Shown: positions 22,639 to 33,418 of the stretch, piece by piece
How positions within the stretch are numbered: the stretch's first letter is position 1
Layout of the letters: each line of letters starts with the position of its first letter
From: Mayamaea pseudoterrestris
Lineage: Eukaryota
Length of the DNA: 64,000 nt
Assembly: GCA_027923505.1 (NCBI GenBank)
Contig: BROI01000011.1
Span: forward strand, 558,001 to 622,000
Direction of reading: 5' to 3'
Translations under genes and position numbers: made by a program
The notes under the pieces: model-generated
Told to the model about the DNA's origin: nothing
What the model saw: the letters and a program-made list of their open reading frames with translations, nothing else
Databases searched by the model: none

Positions 22639-23562
22639 TTAAACACCGACTCCAAGACTAGCATTTAGTTTCTCGGCAATCGTCAACTGCGTTCTTGTCA
22701 CGTTCGATAAATACGTGACCATGAGCAAATCTTGCAAAGAGCTGTGGAACAGCTTGTCAAAGACCTCAGGACGAACTCGTGGTATGGTCGCCAAGCAATC
22801 GGCAATCTTGCGGCCAGTTTCGGCGTCCGCTGGCGTCGTTCCATCGACGACCGAGTCAACGTAGGCAAGGGTGCTATCCAGCATGGCATAAAGCTTTTCC
22901 ATGGATACCAACAGGTTATTTGCCGGATCGTCAGCAATCATCTTGTCGCCATTGCCTGACTCTTGTGCATTGTCATCCTTGATCATTTGATGAAGCGCAA
23001 TAGCTTCTGATTCAGTGCTCTTGAGTGACAGGCTGAGCTCATTGAACAGATTACCAAGCTGCTCGCCTTGAATGACAATCGGCGTACTTTTGAATGCTCT
23101 GACGGAAAGCTTGTCCTCCAAAAGACGTGTGTCTACAACCATGTGAACGCAGTCTCCATCCTCCGCTTCGCCGGCGTAAAACTCGTGGATCAAGGAGGAA
23201 GTATCGGTAATCAATGATGGTGCATCGTCACCAGAAGCTGCCGAGGAATACCAGCCAACGACCGATTCTTTTCGGTTCGTTCGCATATGCAAGGCGAGCA
23301 TGGTTTTGTTAAAGTCTTTTCCGATAGCTACTTCCTCTCCCCGCTCCGCATGAGGTACAGCAAAGCAGTTGGTAATCTCGACAATGTTGCCATCACGACG
23401 ACCGAGCAAAGTTCCAATCACTCGACTCGAAGCTTCCTGGCGACGCGTATGGTGATCCAAAACTTGAAACAAGACCAGTGGGTGGACAATAACCTTAGTG
23501 GTCGCTGTGTCGTCCTCCTCGTCCAGCAAGAGAGCTGGTGATGAGACGAAAGGCGCCGCCAT
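22639..23562 (-). CDS. eIF3f: Eukaryotic translation initiation factor 3 subunit F (MPN domain)
   Basis: VHPLVLFQVLDHHTRR, RVIGTLLG, NCFAVPH, VGWY, LIHEFY, QDLLMVTYLSNVTRTQL. Confidence 0.92.
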   Translation of the reverse strand: MAAPFVSSPALLLDEEDDTATTKVIVHPLVLFQVLDHHTRRQEASSRVIGTLLGRRDGNIVEITNCFAVPHAERGEEVAIGKDFNKTMLALHMRTNRKESVVGWYSSAASGDDAPSLITDTSSLIHEFYAGEAEDGDCVHMVVDTRLLEDKLSVRAFKSTPIVIQGEQLGNLFNELSLSLKSTESEAIALHQMIKDDNAQESGNGDKMIADDPANNLLVSMEKLYAMLDSTLAYVDSVVDGTTPADAETGRKIADCLATIPRVRPEVFDKLFHSSLQDLLMVTYLSNVTRTQLTIAEKLNASLGVGV

Positions 23563-24977
23563 GGTGCAATTGTCAAGCCGGAATCTGTGAAAATGAGAGG
23601 CTGCGAGGCGCGGCGATGCACGTTTCATCTCTGTCCGAACGGTATTTGTTTCAAAGCTTTAAATAGCGCTGCAGATGCACGATTGTGTTCTTGTCCAGAG
23701 ACATTACGTAAGTCAATGAGGTTCTACCGACGACTACGTTATTGCGTATTGCAAATTAAAAAGCTGACTGTGACGTTCGAAAGAGCGGAACGAATATTTG
23801 AATGCCTCATTGAGGTACCCACTCTTTTGGCGGAATGTAAATTCGATATCTTTATTCTTTTCCGGTTGTGGAGTTTGGCGAATGTCCCAGGCCAACAGCG
23901 AGAGCTGCAATTTGCCCGGCGGACGATCCTTTGAACGAATCTTCCTTTACCGACGAGAGATTTTCATTTCCGAGAGGCTCGCTTCAAAATTTGTCCGACA
24001 ATAGCGCCTGCAGCGATGCGTCATGCGTCTGCTCACTGCTTATGCGGAAATCGGAAACAAGGCATTTCTTTGGAAAGGAGCATGGCGGTCGAGCGGCGGC
24101 ATATGGATTGGAACGAGACAGAATATTCGGCTCGATCATACAACGATTGGCGTGCCTTTAGAGAACAATCAGAGCCATTTAATGGAATCAATCAAAGGAC
24201 GATCCCTCTATTCCAGCTCGAATTCCAGCTTGAGCCTACGGGTGTGTCGCAAAACTTGTGTTGTTCTTGCTATTCTGATGGACGATTGGTTGTTGGCTGT
24301 TGGTGGTTGATCGCACCAAGTTCTTGCTTGCCGACACGCTCATACTAAATTGGCCATGAACAGCTCTGACACGACGTTGTACGGTACTTGGTAATGTTGT
24401 CGATTTAAGGAGCTGCATGTCGGCGAGAATTATATACCAAACACACACCCCGCCTACGTCGAATCTGTCACAACATGGCCGAACGATCCGCCTGCCGGAA
24501 GTGACACCGGTGTTGCGATATTTCTTGGTGCTTGGTGGGAGTCGGGCGCTTGGGTGAAGTGCTGTAGTTTACAGCCCACCATGAGCGTTTATGATAATAA
24601 AAACGGCTACTGATTTTGGCAGCTGACGAGGCACCCAAATTATTTGCTGCACATCTGATTTAAATTGTGCTTCAAGGAGCTCAATTTGACGTATGGCTCG
24701 GATGATCCGACCACCGATTCGCCACCACAGAGCTACCTCCCGGACGTTACCTGCGGAGAACAACAAAGTGAGCTACGTAGACAAGCTGCGTGATGTGGCG
24801 TTTGTCACAACAGACAGCACTTACGTGCATGCAATAGAATAGCGATAGCATAACTCTTTATTTACAGGACAGTTGCCTTTGTTATTTATCTGGGAATATT
24901 ATTTCGACACCGCCTTGCGTCATTTACGACCTTTGCAGTTTACCTTTGTTGACAACTTACCGTATAACAAACGAAGC

Positions 24978-27900
24978 TCACCGGAAGAATGGCATTCCCG
25001 GAAGCAGCGTGCGTCCGGTCCGAAAAGTTGGTTTTTGATAATGCAGGGCAAACGAATTAAGCGCATCGTTGCGGATGCTAGCTGCTATTCGAATCGCTTT
25101 GTCGGCGGCGCCAATGCTAAACTCCTTCTTCATGTCTCTTGGGCTTCTGTATGACGGCTTGCCATCATCGTCGCGCCAGCTCAAATCGTTCGAGTCAAGA
25201 AGAAGTTCAGCTTCTCTATCGAGTAAATTGTTGTCGTCGTCGTCATCATCTACATCTGTAATGTATAAATCAGATATTCCATCTTTTTCGTCTGAGACGC
25301 ACAGATCGTCCAACGTCGCCATAGCGTCCCAGTCACATCCATCGCGGAGCACCTCAATCTCGCTGTCATCCATGGACTCCCATTCCTCGTCCACCAACTG
25401 AAGGTTCGATCTGAGCGCAAGACTTAAAGCATCCTTTGCTTTTTGGCGAGATCGATTTCTCGTGTAATCGTCTTTGCGCACGTAAACAGTACTATCATCT
25501 AAATTTGCTGTCGCGGAGCCGCTGCCCGTGTCGTATGTTTCGTTCTTAATTATAAAATTGTTTCTTTCCGGAATTACCTCGTTTGTCGCCAAGCTGCGCT
25601 CCCGCGAGGATGGCTCCAAAGTACGATGAGAGTGTGAAGACATCAATCCGCTTAGTTCACCAAGACTGTCTGCAGCTAAAGCCATAGAAGAAGTAAACTG
25701 ACGGCCAATGTCCTGCGACTCTGGCCGAACTCGTCGCGTCCACATGTCAACGTCAGGATCCCTACCTTCTGAAAGTCTTTCTGTTGGTTTGGCAAACCGA
25801 TCCGCCGAAATAGAACGGCCAGCAGTGTCAAAGAAAAGTTGATCCAAAACGGCAGGGTTTGACGAGTTCTTTATGTCGCCATCTGCGCGAATATCTCCAG
25901 CGAGCTTCGGCAACGAGGCATTAACCGTGGTTCTTTCTTCCTCGTCTTCAGTAAAAGATTCAGTCGAATCGGAATATCTTTCCTCGAAGACATCAATTTG
26001 TATCAGGTCTTCCAGGAAAGGCGATGCTGGTGACCGGTTGGCAGCAGTGGGTGAAGAATTATGAAGTCCGATATTTTGCAACTTGTCAACTTGTGGATAA
26101 GCTTGGGAATGGACATTATCTTTCTTTTTTGTAGCGAGGTCATGCGAGCCTCGCGCCAATGCCGTAGAATTAGCTCGAGATAGCTGACTCGCCATGGTAA
26201 TTGTTTTCTCGTTACGAGTAGAATCGTGATCTTTCCAAATCGCTCTTGCTGTTCTTGTCGACACTGGCGGTAATTGCCTGACAACGGAGCGCCGCATTAA
26301 CGAGCCTGCGTCATGGCACTTCCGTAACCTGTCATCATTTCGACGACGCGAAATGCTCTGCTTAGGCGCACTGGTGTCTGATTGACCGCAATAGATGTTA
26401 TCGTTCATTCGATGCTGAAGCGATTGAAATTCATGATGGCGAACTGCTCGGGAAGTCTTACGTCGCCTCTGATGAGGTACACGAAAATCGTGCAACCGGG
26501 CTGAATTAAGCTTGGACTGAAGTCTCGATGCGTCCTCGTTGCTCGAAGCAAATCCAGAGGGTGTCTTATGTAAAAATCGTAAATTCTTCTGTTGATGTTG
26601 ATTGTCGTAATTATCCTCGGCTTCGTGCTCGTTTTGATTACGCCCCGCCCAAGTAAATTGTCGTGGAAAGCCTGTTGCATGATTGTGAGCTGACGACGAT
26701 CCTGAAAGCGCGCCGTGAACAATATCTGGGACGCTATCACGCCGTATCCTTTTCTTCGTGTATTTTCGTGCCGCATCATAAAGCTCAGCTGCCGATCCAG
26801 AAAGTGCTCTTTCGACCTTCTCACGTCCAACTCGCGAATCAACAAAAATGCTTTCGGTGTTAACAGTGTGTGACGCCCGTTCGACAGTTGCATCTCGAAT
26901 AACATCAAGTTCGCCGTGTGAATTGCATTCGGGAGCGTTTATAGCCTCCACTTCGCCTGTTTGCTGTCGTTTTGCCCGCACATAAACATCCATACCTTTA
27001 ACGGATTTCCCATTTACAGCTGCACATCCAGAAACCGCCGTCAAAATCACGTCCATATCACTTTCGTGGTCCAAACTAGCGGCCGCCTCCTTACAAACAA
27101 TCTGGCGCCGCATCTGCCGCGCCGCCATGCCGTCAGAACTATCGGTTCTCATGCGCTTCCCGCCATACAACTCATTTTCTGCAGCGGAATGTCTGCGCCA
27201 TCCATTGGGCCGGCTCTCATCGAAAATCACTTTGTTCAAATTATCACTGAAGAGTGCACGTCTGTCGAGAGCTACCCCGGCTGTCCGCGGTTGTAAATTA
27301 TCTCGAGAAACGAAAACTTTGTTGTGCTCGTCGGGTTCGATAAGAGTAGAACCATAGCTTTGAGACGCCACCCGTTGCTGATTGCTCGTCGCAGTTGCAT
27401 GTCCCATGCATGAAGCCGATACCGCAAGCGCTTGATGAACAATTATATCATCTAGCACCGTTTCCGGAATTGCAACGTTATCTGTAGGTAACGCATCTGG
27501 ACCGACACCGATCCGACCATACACTGCTCGTCTTGTCTTCGCAACCTCTATTTCACGTTGCTTGAGTGATGCGGCGTACGTGTCGCGCATGACTCGCTGG
27601 TTTGATGAAAGTACTGCCGATGCTTCAGTCGCCAGACCGACATCCTTTAAAGCTCCGCTTTCTCTAGTGTACTGATCCATGCCACCAGCGGTAAGCCAGG
27701 GTCCAATGTGTCCGGGGCTTGAAACCGAACCGGAAAGAGCCCGACGAGTGTTTTCGTCGTTACCCGAATTATGGATGTAAAGATTGCTGATCAATCCTAC
27801 TTCGTCATTATGCTCTGTTTTGCCGTCCAATTTATTATAACCCGATTGTACACATCCTCTCTCATTGGCACGCTCGTCCGCACTATCGTTCGCAGTCAAT

Positions 27901-29882
27901 TTTAACTCCGTGGAGAAAGGGAGATCGGGTGAACGCCATGAATTAGGCACACCAGCACTTTTCCGAGACTTTTCATCAGTTCCATACTCTTGTAAAACGT
28001 CGGCAAAAGTCTCATCATAGGTTTGTTGTAAATGGGCATGCTCCGGTGTTGCAATTTCAAACTCCCCCAATGTTTTGATGTTCCTGGCATGATTAATGAT
28101 AGACTCTTTTGGTCCTTTGTCCCAATTTAAAACGGCTTGTCGAAGTAGATGGATATCCTCCATTTCCAAAAGCACCTGCTTTGCAGATGTATTATTTTTA
28201 GTACCACTGTTACCATCCTCTGGCAGTTGCGCGTCCTGTGGGCAAGCGACACTGCCTACATGCGTCGAGTGAGGCCAAGCCTTTGTCGGCGCACCGTGTG
28301 TGTAACTTGTCACGACGGTACCTCCATTCAAGATTGAAAGCTCGTGCAGATTGTCAATTGTTGGTGCGTTGATCTGTACGCTATGACTTGGAAAATTGTT
28401 TTCTCGAGACTTCGCGTGCATACCGTGATCTTTGTCTCTAGCATGATCTCGATCCGAGTCGCTACGAACTTCAGCAGCATTTGTTGTCTCTGGAGTATCA
28501 AACTGCCAGCCGGACACAGCCTCTCGAAGAAAGCGAACGTCGTCACAAGCTACATGTTCTCCACTGGCCAAGCCGTCTCTACCGTCGCTCCGCTCCGCGG
28601 TTAAATCATGTATCAGTTCATTGTCGGCAACACCCCACCCGGCGAACCTTTCATTTAACAAGTCAGGTTCGACTGTAGCAAGTTTTGATTCGTTATCAAG
28701 CGATGTTCCCCAATTAAACTTCCGATCAATAGCGTCGCCAGAGTCTTCAAATTGATAAGCCATTGACGATCCACCAGCACTTAAAACACCTTCTATAAAC
28801 GGTTGCTCTTCACCGTCACCCTGCATCATGACATCTGTACTTCCTCCCCTTGGCCGTCGACGTCGGTGAGCTTCGCGTGCCCGATCTGCTGCCGATTGAC
28901 GTTCCACCTTGCGAAAGGAAGAATGTGCGCTGATCACTGTATTCGCGTCCGCAAAATGGTTGCGAGACTCGATAGGTCGTTGTCGTGGCGGAGGTTGTCG
29001 TCTAGTTCGTTCTACACGTGTCTCCGGTCGTTTATTTTGCGTTAGCATGGGGTGGAGCTGCACTGGTTCGTCGTGATCGCATGCTTCTTCGTATTCAAAA
29101 GCGTTGAGGTTCACCAACCGAAGTAAACTGTCGTCTCGAGGAAATGCAAACGTGAATTGCTGTCGCTGTAAAACATTGTAGCGTCGTCGACCCGAAAGCC
29201 CCACAAGAAAATTAGTCGCATTCCAAAGCACTAGACCGGGCCTTGGCCATCGAAATTGCTCCATTTCTTGGTCGATATCGACGCCATCCTCAAAGTATTC
29301 TTCCTCGTACTCTACAAAGTCCGAGTATTCTTCCTCGATAAATTTGCTTTGGCTCAAGTCTTGCACCAGCGATTCGAAATAATCATCATCCAAGTCATGA
29401 TCGAAGTCAGTAATGTTACTGAGCTTGGTCCGACGAGGGACGCGTCGGGTCTTGATCACTCGTGCTTGTACTGTCCGTCGAATGGCATTTCCTTGTTGCT
29501 GCTGCCGCCACGATTCTAGTTCCATCAGTCGTTGCTGCTTCTTCGCGTCATATCTCGCTCGTACAAGCTCCATGAAAGTACCAGTAACGTCGTTCGCGTT
29601 TAGAGCGCTTTCGCGACACGTTTCATAGACAAGTCTCAGCAAATGGAAAGAAGCGTCTCGTCTGTCTGTACAAATATCCAGCAGTAGTGCATCACGCGAA
29701 CGTTTCCGTTGCTTTGATTTGGTTGATAAATCAAGATTGTCGAGTTGTAAAGGATCTATCAAATGTAAAATCTCTTGTATTGGAAACAAGCGATGAGAAG
29801 CATGTTCGATCCAGTGGGTGATGGGCAATGCCAAGCAGACTGATATCTGAATGAAGACAGTCAAGTAGCGTACAGCTCTCAT
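24978..29882 (-). CDS. Large hypothetical protein (~1630 aa) with a signal-peptide-like N-terminus, mostly disordered; probable extra 3' exons down to ~24569
   Basis: 4.9-kb open frame; MRAVRYLTVFIQISVCLA. The stop overlaps a GTGAGC donor; a further GTAAGT donor (~24825) and CCGCAG acceptor (~24750) lie downstream. Confidence 0.75.
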   Translation of the reverse strand: MRAVRYLTVFIQISVCLALPITHWIEHASHRLFPIQEILHLIDPLQLDNLDLSTKSKQRKRSRDALLLDICTDRRDASFHLLRLVYETCRESALNANDVTGTFMELVRARYDAKKQQRLMELESWRQQQQGNAIRRTVQARVIKTRRVPRRTKLSNITDFDHDLDDDYFESLVQDLSQSKFIEEEYSDFVEYEEEYFEDGVDIDQEMEQFRWPRPGLVLWNATNFLVGLSGRRRYNVLQRQQFTFAFPRDDSLLRLVNLNAFEYEEACDHDEPVQLHPMLTQNKRPETRVERTRRQPPPRQRPIESRNHFADANTVISAHSSFRKVERQSAADRAREAHRRRRPRGGSTDVMMQGDGEEQPFIEGVLSAGGSSMAYQFEDSGDAIDRKFNWGTSLDNESKLATVEPDLLNERFAGWGVADNELIHDLTAERSDGRDGLASGEHVACDDVRFLREAVSGWQFDTPETTNAAEVRSDSDRDHARDKDHGMHAKSRENNFPSHSVQINAPTIDNLHELSILNGGTVVTSYTHGAPTKAWPHSTHVGSVACPQDAQLPEDGNSGTKNNTSAKQVLLEMEDIHLLRQAVLNWDKGPKESIINHARNIKTLGEFEIATPEHAHLQQTYDETFADVLQEYGTDEKSRKSAGVPNSWRSPDLPFSTELKLTANDSADERANERGCVQSGYNKLDGKTEHNDEVGLISNLYIHNSGNDENTRRALSGSVSSPGHIGPWLTAGGMDQYTRESGALKDVGLATEASAVLSSNQRVMRDTYAASLKQREIEVAKTRRAVYGRIGVGPDALPTDNVAIPETVLDDIIVHQALAVSASCMGHATATSNQQRVASQSYGSTLIEPDEHNKVFVSRDNLQPRTAGVALDRRALFSDNLNKVIFDESRPNGWRRHSAAENELYGGKRMRTDSSDGMAARQMRRQIVCKEAAASLDHESDMDVILTAVSGCAAVNGKSVKGMDVYVRAKRQQTGEVEAINAPECNSHGELDVIRDATVERASHTVNTESIFVDSRVGREKVERALSGSAAELYDAARKYTKKRIRRDSVPDIVHGALSGSSSAHNHATGFPRQFTWAGRNQNEHEAEDNYDNQHQQKNLRFLHKTPSGFASSNEDASRLQSKLNSARLHDFRVPHQRRRKTSRAVRHHEFQSLQHRMNDNIYCGQSDTSAPKQSISRRRNDDRLRKCHDAGSLMRRSVVRQLPPVSTRTARAIWKDHDSTRNEKTITMASQLSRANSTALARGSHDLATKKKDNVHSQAYPQVDKLQNIGLHNSSPTAANRSPASPFLEDLIQIDVFEERYSDSTESFTEDEEERTTVNASLPKLAGDIRADGDIKNSSNPAVLDQLFFDTAGRSISADRFAKPTERLSEGRDPDVDMWTRRVRPESQDIGRQFTSSMALAADSLGELSGLMSSHSHRTLEPSSRERSLATNEVIPERNNFIIKNETYDTGSGSATANLDDSTVYVRKDDYTRNRSRQKAKDALSLALRSNLQLVDEEWESMDDSEIEVLRDGCDWDAMATLDDLCVSDEKDGISDLYITDVDDDDDDNNLLDREAELLLDSNDLSWRDDDGKPSYRSPRDMKKEFSIGAADKAIRIAASIRNDALNSFALHYQKPTFRTGRTLLPGMPFFR

Positions 29883-30321
29883 GACGTTGTTGCTCTGCAA
29901 AATGATGAATGGTCGCTTCTTCTAGCGTAGTGTGACAGTAGAAGGACTGAGCGAAAAGTTTATGCGATCGAGACAGCTTTGTTTTGCACCTCCTCCTGCT
30001 GTTTTTTGCTTCGACTGTCATGTCGCTCGCTCAACGGCGCATTTGAAAACCGATGCAACGAATCCACGGACGAAGGACTGACACGAGGCACAATCGTTAG
30101 CTACTGTCACCCTCTTATACACTTCATGGTGTTTCGGCCAACCTACAAGTAGAGCTGCATCACTTAAAAGGGTGTCGTATGTCTAAACTCGCTAAACATG
30201 CAGGAACGAAATTTTAAAATGAGCTTCGCTTACGACAGTGGATGCGCGGGCCGAAGCGGTTTTTGCAATGTTCGCTCTTGAATCACAACTTCTGCAATCA
30301 ACATTCATTCCTATTACTCCG

Positions 30322-31254
30322 CTACATATGTGACCAAAGCGCTGCTTCTGCTTGTATTGATCGCGTCAGATCCAAACCAGCGGACGATTCCAGTGGATAA
30401 TCAAAGATCTCCAACAGTTTTTTCCGAGCTTCCTCGCTACCAGCCAAGCTTTCGTTCGTAACACTTTCATCTGAAGAAAATCTGTTGAGGGTGAACTTGA
30501 TCTTGTTGCCTGCCATGGTGGTCTTTTTGGTTCGTGTGAGTTTGCAGACAATCAATTTCTGGCTAAACGGCGAAGCGTCACTCTGAACGGTTCTCAAAGC
30601 TGACTCAAAGTCCAATAAAGATGGACCATTTTCGACAAAGCAAGCTGAATAGCTCCATTTCAATCGAGGTCTCCAAGCGCCATCCTTTTTCCAGTATAAA
30701 ACGACTTCATCTCCGCCATTTAATCTTCCAAATTTGCTGCACATTCCTTCCGGCGTTACTTGCTCCAATTCCATTTCGAATAACAACGGATGCAGCGCCG
30801 GCTCTCCAAAACCAACATCGCAAAGGTAAATCTCGTTGCTGCTATGATCCCGGTCGCCGTTGTTCGAAGTGTGAACAATCAAAACGACATGCGTCGGATC
30901 TCCGCGAAACTCGCCTTCATTGGCAACAAACGCTGGCACTCTCGTCACCGAGAAATCGAGCTCCTCAAGCCAGGCTCCAAACAACAAATTTAGCTCCAAG
31001 CAGAAACCTCCTCGACCTTTGTTAAGCACCTTGTTGGCTGTTGTTCGAATGTCAAGGACTGCTGGTCCGCCAACGACGCCATGCTGTGCCGTATTTTCAA
31101 AAGGAATGCGTTCCAAGTGGCTCTCATGAATAGCTTTAAGAGGAGCTATTCTGTCACCATTGTGCTCGGCAAGAAATGAAGTGTCCAGGTTGAGACGTTT
31201 CAAGTATAGTTCCGTCAACGTAAACGGCGAGGTGGAGTCGATTGGTGTGTTCAT
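30322..31254 (-). CDS. Arylamine N-acetyltransferase
   Basis: IPFEN, RGGFCLELN (catalytic Cys), THVVL (His), DVGFG (Asp). Confidence 0.92.
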   Translation of the reverse strand: MNTPIDSTSPFTLTELYLKRLNLDTSFLAEHNGDRIAPLKAIHESHLERIPFENTAQHGVVGGPAVLDIRTTANKVLNKGRGGFCLELNLLFGAWLEELDFSVTRVPAFVANEGEFRGDPTHVVLIVHTSNNGDRDHSSNEIYLCDVGFGEPALHPLLFEMELEQVTPEGMCSKFGRLNGGDEVVLYWKKDGAWRPRLKWSYSACFVENGPSLLDFESALRTVQSDASPFSQKLIVCKLTRTKKTTMAGNKIKFTLNRFSSDESVTNESLAGSEEARKKLLEIFDYPLESSAGLDLTRSIQAEAALWSHM

Positions 31255-31567
31255 AGCTCGTCTCGGCGGCTGAATCTGTGAAAGATTTCGTCTAAACACT
31301 ACCACCCGTTTAATGTAAATATGAGAGGCAAAATCAATCAATAGAAGTGTGACATTGCCTTGAAGACTTGATCAATAAGATTACCGGTAGCTCGACGAAC
31401 GTATCGACGAAACCGAAACGTTATGTGCGCTTGTAGCGGTACGACAGCTTCAGTACAGTATCGGTATGTACCGGTACCGCTCTCATTGCGGCTTACCTTA
31501 CGTCGTCGTACAAGTAAACTACAATGACAAGTAACAGTGAAAAATTCTTAACGTTGTACTATCAGCT

Positions 31568-33418
31568 TCAAGGATCCAGCGCAATATCCACTGGTGGATT
31601 GGATTGCCCATTCAAGCCTACCGAGGTTTCCATATCCGCTCGCTCAGGCGACGTTGTTGCATCCGGTGCCACTTTGGAACGACCGGAAATGGACGTATCT
31701 TTCGGAAGCGTATATTTCTTCTTATACCCAGGCAATGGCTTCAAACAGCAGCCAAAAATATGACATGCCGATTGAATTGCTTTTAAACCACTTTCCAGGT
31801 CTGCCCACAATGACTCCGCACCCCAATATGTAGGATACTGCCGCTTTGTCGACAGATTGTTTAAAGAAGTCGACAAAAGAACAGCAATAACGTTGGCAAC
31901 CAAGAGGAACCCCATGCTTGGCCAGTTCACAAGACCCGAAGCAAAAATGGCGGCGGAAGCGGCAGCCGGTGGGTGCGTCACACCGAGCTTGGCCATTACC
32001 GCCACAGAAAGTGCCGTTGCTAATCCTTGGCGCAACCAGATTGGTATAGCTTCCGAGGAAGCCACCGACAGTGAAATCGTCATGGAGACAGCTTGTCCGA
32101 CGATAGCGTTGCGTGGTTGTGAGGCTGGCGCAGCCGTCAAACCAAAAAGTAAACACATGAGTGCTCCGTTTGGACCAATTGCAACAGCGTAATCATCGCC
32201 AGCATCGTTGCGAATGTACTTGTGGAGAAAGGTCAATGTTGTCATTGTAATCAGAACACATATAAATGTGAAACAGGATTCCGCCCAACCAAACGCTGGT
32301 GGAATTGGAACACCCGCTCCCTTCGCTTTTTCGAGAACCATGTTTGCCCTCTTTTGCGCGCCTCGTCCTGCATCGGCAAGCAGGCCAACGTGCCGCATGC
32401 GACGACGACCCTTTGGCGATACATGCAGCTTCGCCTGATCGTCGACAAAGGCTTTCAAGGATATACCGTCACGATGTATAGCCAAAATCTTATCGCGGAC
32501 CCGATGTAAAGTTGTGAGCAATTCCTTGCGTCGCTCCATGACAGCTGCCTTTCGAGGAGCTCCAAACGCGCTGGCTGCTCCAATCAGGTCCGTCGCAGCT
32601 CGTAGATAAACCTCATTTTGTTCCGACTGTAGGCGGCTCATATCAACGCTATCGCGCGCCATGAATATTACAATGCCACGGCTCCCGTGCATGCTAAATG
32701 GCACCGCAGCAGCCCATCCCAGTCCGAACTCGGCGAGCAGTTTCAGACGCAGATTCCACGGCTGATCCGGATCATCATGTAGTTGCTGTACATTCCGCCA
32801 AACTATATGCCGGGTTCGAAAGTGTGCCAGCGTAATTTCGTGCCGAAACTCCTTGTCGTTGGTCGAGGAATTCATAATGCTCGATGCCAATGACTCGCGG
32901 TGATTCTTGCTCCAATTTCCAACTGATACGTCGGCCCAAAGTGCTCCAGGCAAGCCTTCACCAGGCGCAACGTGCTTGGGCTCTGCATAGTCGTGATGTT
33001 CTGGATAAAAGAGGCGACAAATCTGACAGTCATCGCCTACACATTCCTCATGGTACGTCGGATCAAACCAGTAACCTCCGTTCGGCCGGAAAAGTTTGGT
33101 CTGATCGTCAGATATACACCAGACTTCCGCGACAATGATTCCATACGCCCATCGACCAGCATCCTCGACTGCTTTATGCAAAAGTGCTTCATTGTAGTTT
33201 TCGCATGTGGCGTCCAGAGATTCCTGCGAACCGAGAATGGCGTGATTGTGTTCATAATGATTGTTGTTCGTGTTAAATGTTGCTGCAACAGCTTTCGCCG
33301 TCTTTAAGGTTCCGCGACCTGCCGGGCGAGCATTCAACCGCTCTAGAATGCGACCTGCGTATGAGGACTTTGGCGATGGACGAGGCTTGGAAGCAGAAGC
33401 AGCACCATTAGTTGGCAT
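31568..33418 (-). CDS. HPP-family membrane protein with an N-terminal GAF-like domain
   Basis: C-terminal transmembrane region with APASQPRN and THPPAAA; N-terminal AEVW...PGEGLPGALW...GLGWAAAVPF...GIVIF GAF-like pattern. Confidence 0.85.
   Translation of the reverse strand: MPTNGAASASKPRPSPKSSYAGRILERLNARPAGRGTLKTAKAVAATFNTNNNHYEHNHAILGSQESLDATCENYNEALLHKAVEDAGRWAYGIIVAEVWCISDDQTKLFRPNGGYWFDPTYHEECVGDDCQICRLFYPEHHDYAEPKHVAPGEGLPGALWADVSVGNWSKNHRESLASSIMNSSTNDKEFRHEITLAHFRTRHIVWRNVQQLHDDPDQPWNLRLKLLAEFGLGWAAAVPFSMHGSRGIVIFMARDSVDMSRLQSEQNEVYLRAATDLIGAASAFGAPRKAAVMERRKELLTTLHRVRDKILAIHRDGISLKAFVDDQAKLHVSPKGRRRMRHVGLLADAGRGAQKRANMVLEKAKGAGVPIPPAFGWAESCFTFICVLITMTTLTFLHKYIRNDAGDDYAVAIGPNGALMCLLFGLTAAPASQPRNAIVGQAVSMTISLSVASSEAIPIWLRQGLATALSVAVMAKLGVTHPPAAASAAIFASGLVNWPSMGFLLVANVIAVLLSTSLNNLSTKRQYPTYWGAESLWADLESGLKAIQSACHIFGCCLKPLPGYKKKYTLPKDTSISGRSKVAPDATTSPERADMETSVGLNGQSNPPVDIALDP

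Noticed and set aside
23640..24560. Several 70-115 aa ORFs between eIF3f and the large gene
   Set aside because: No motifs or consistent exon structure.
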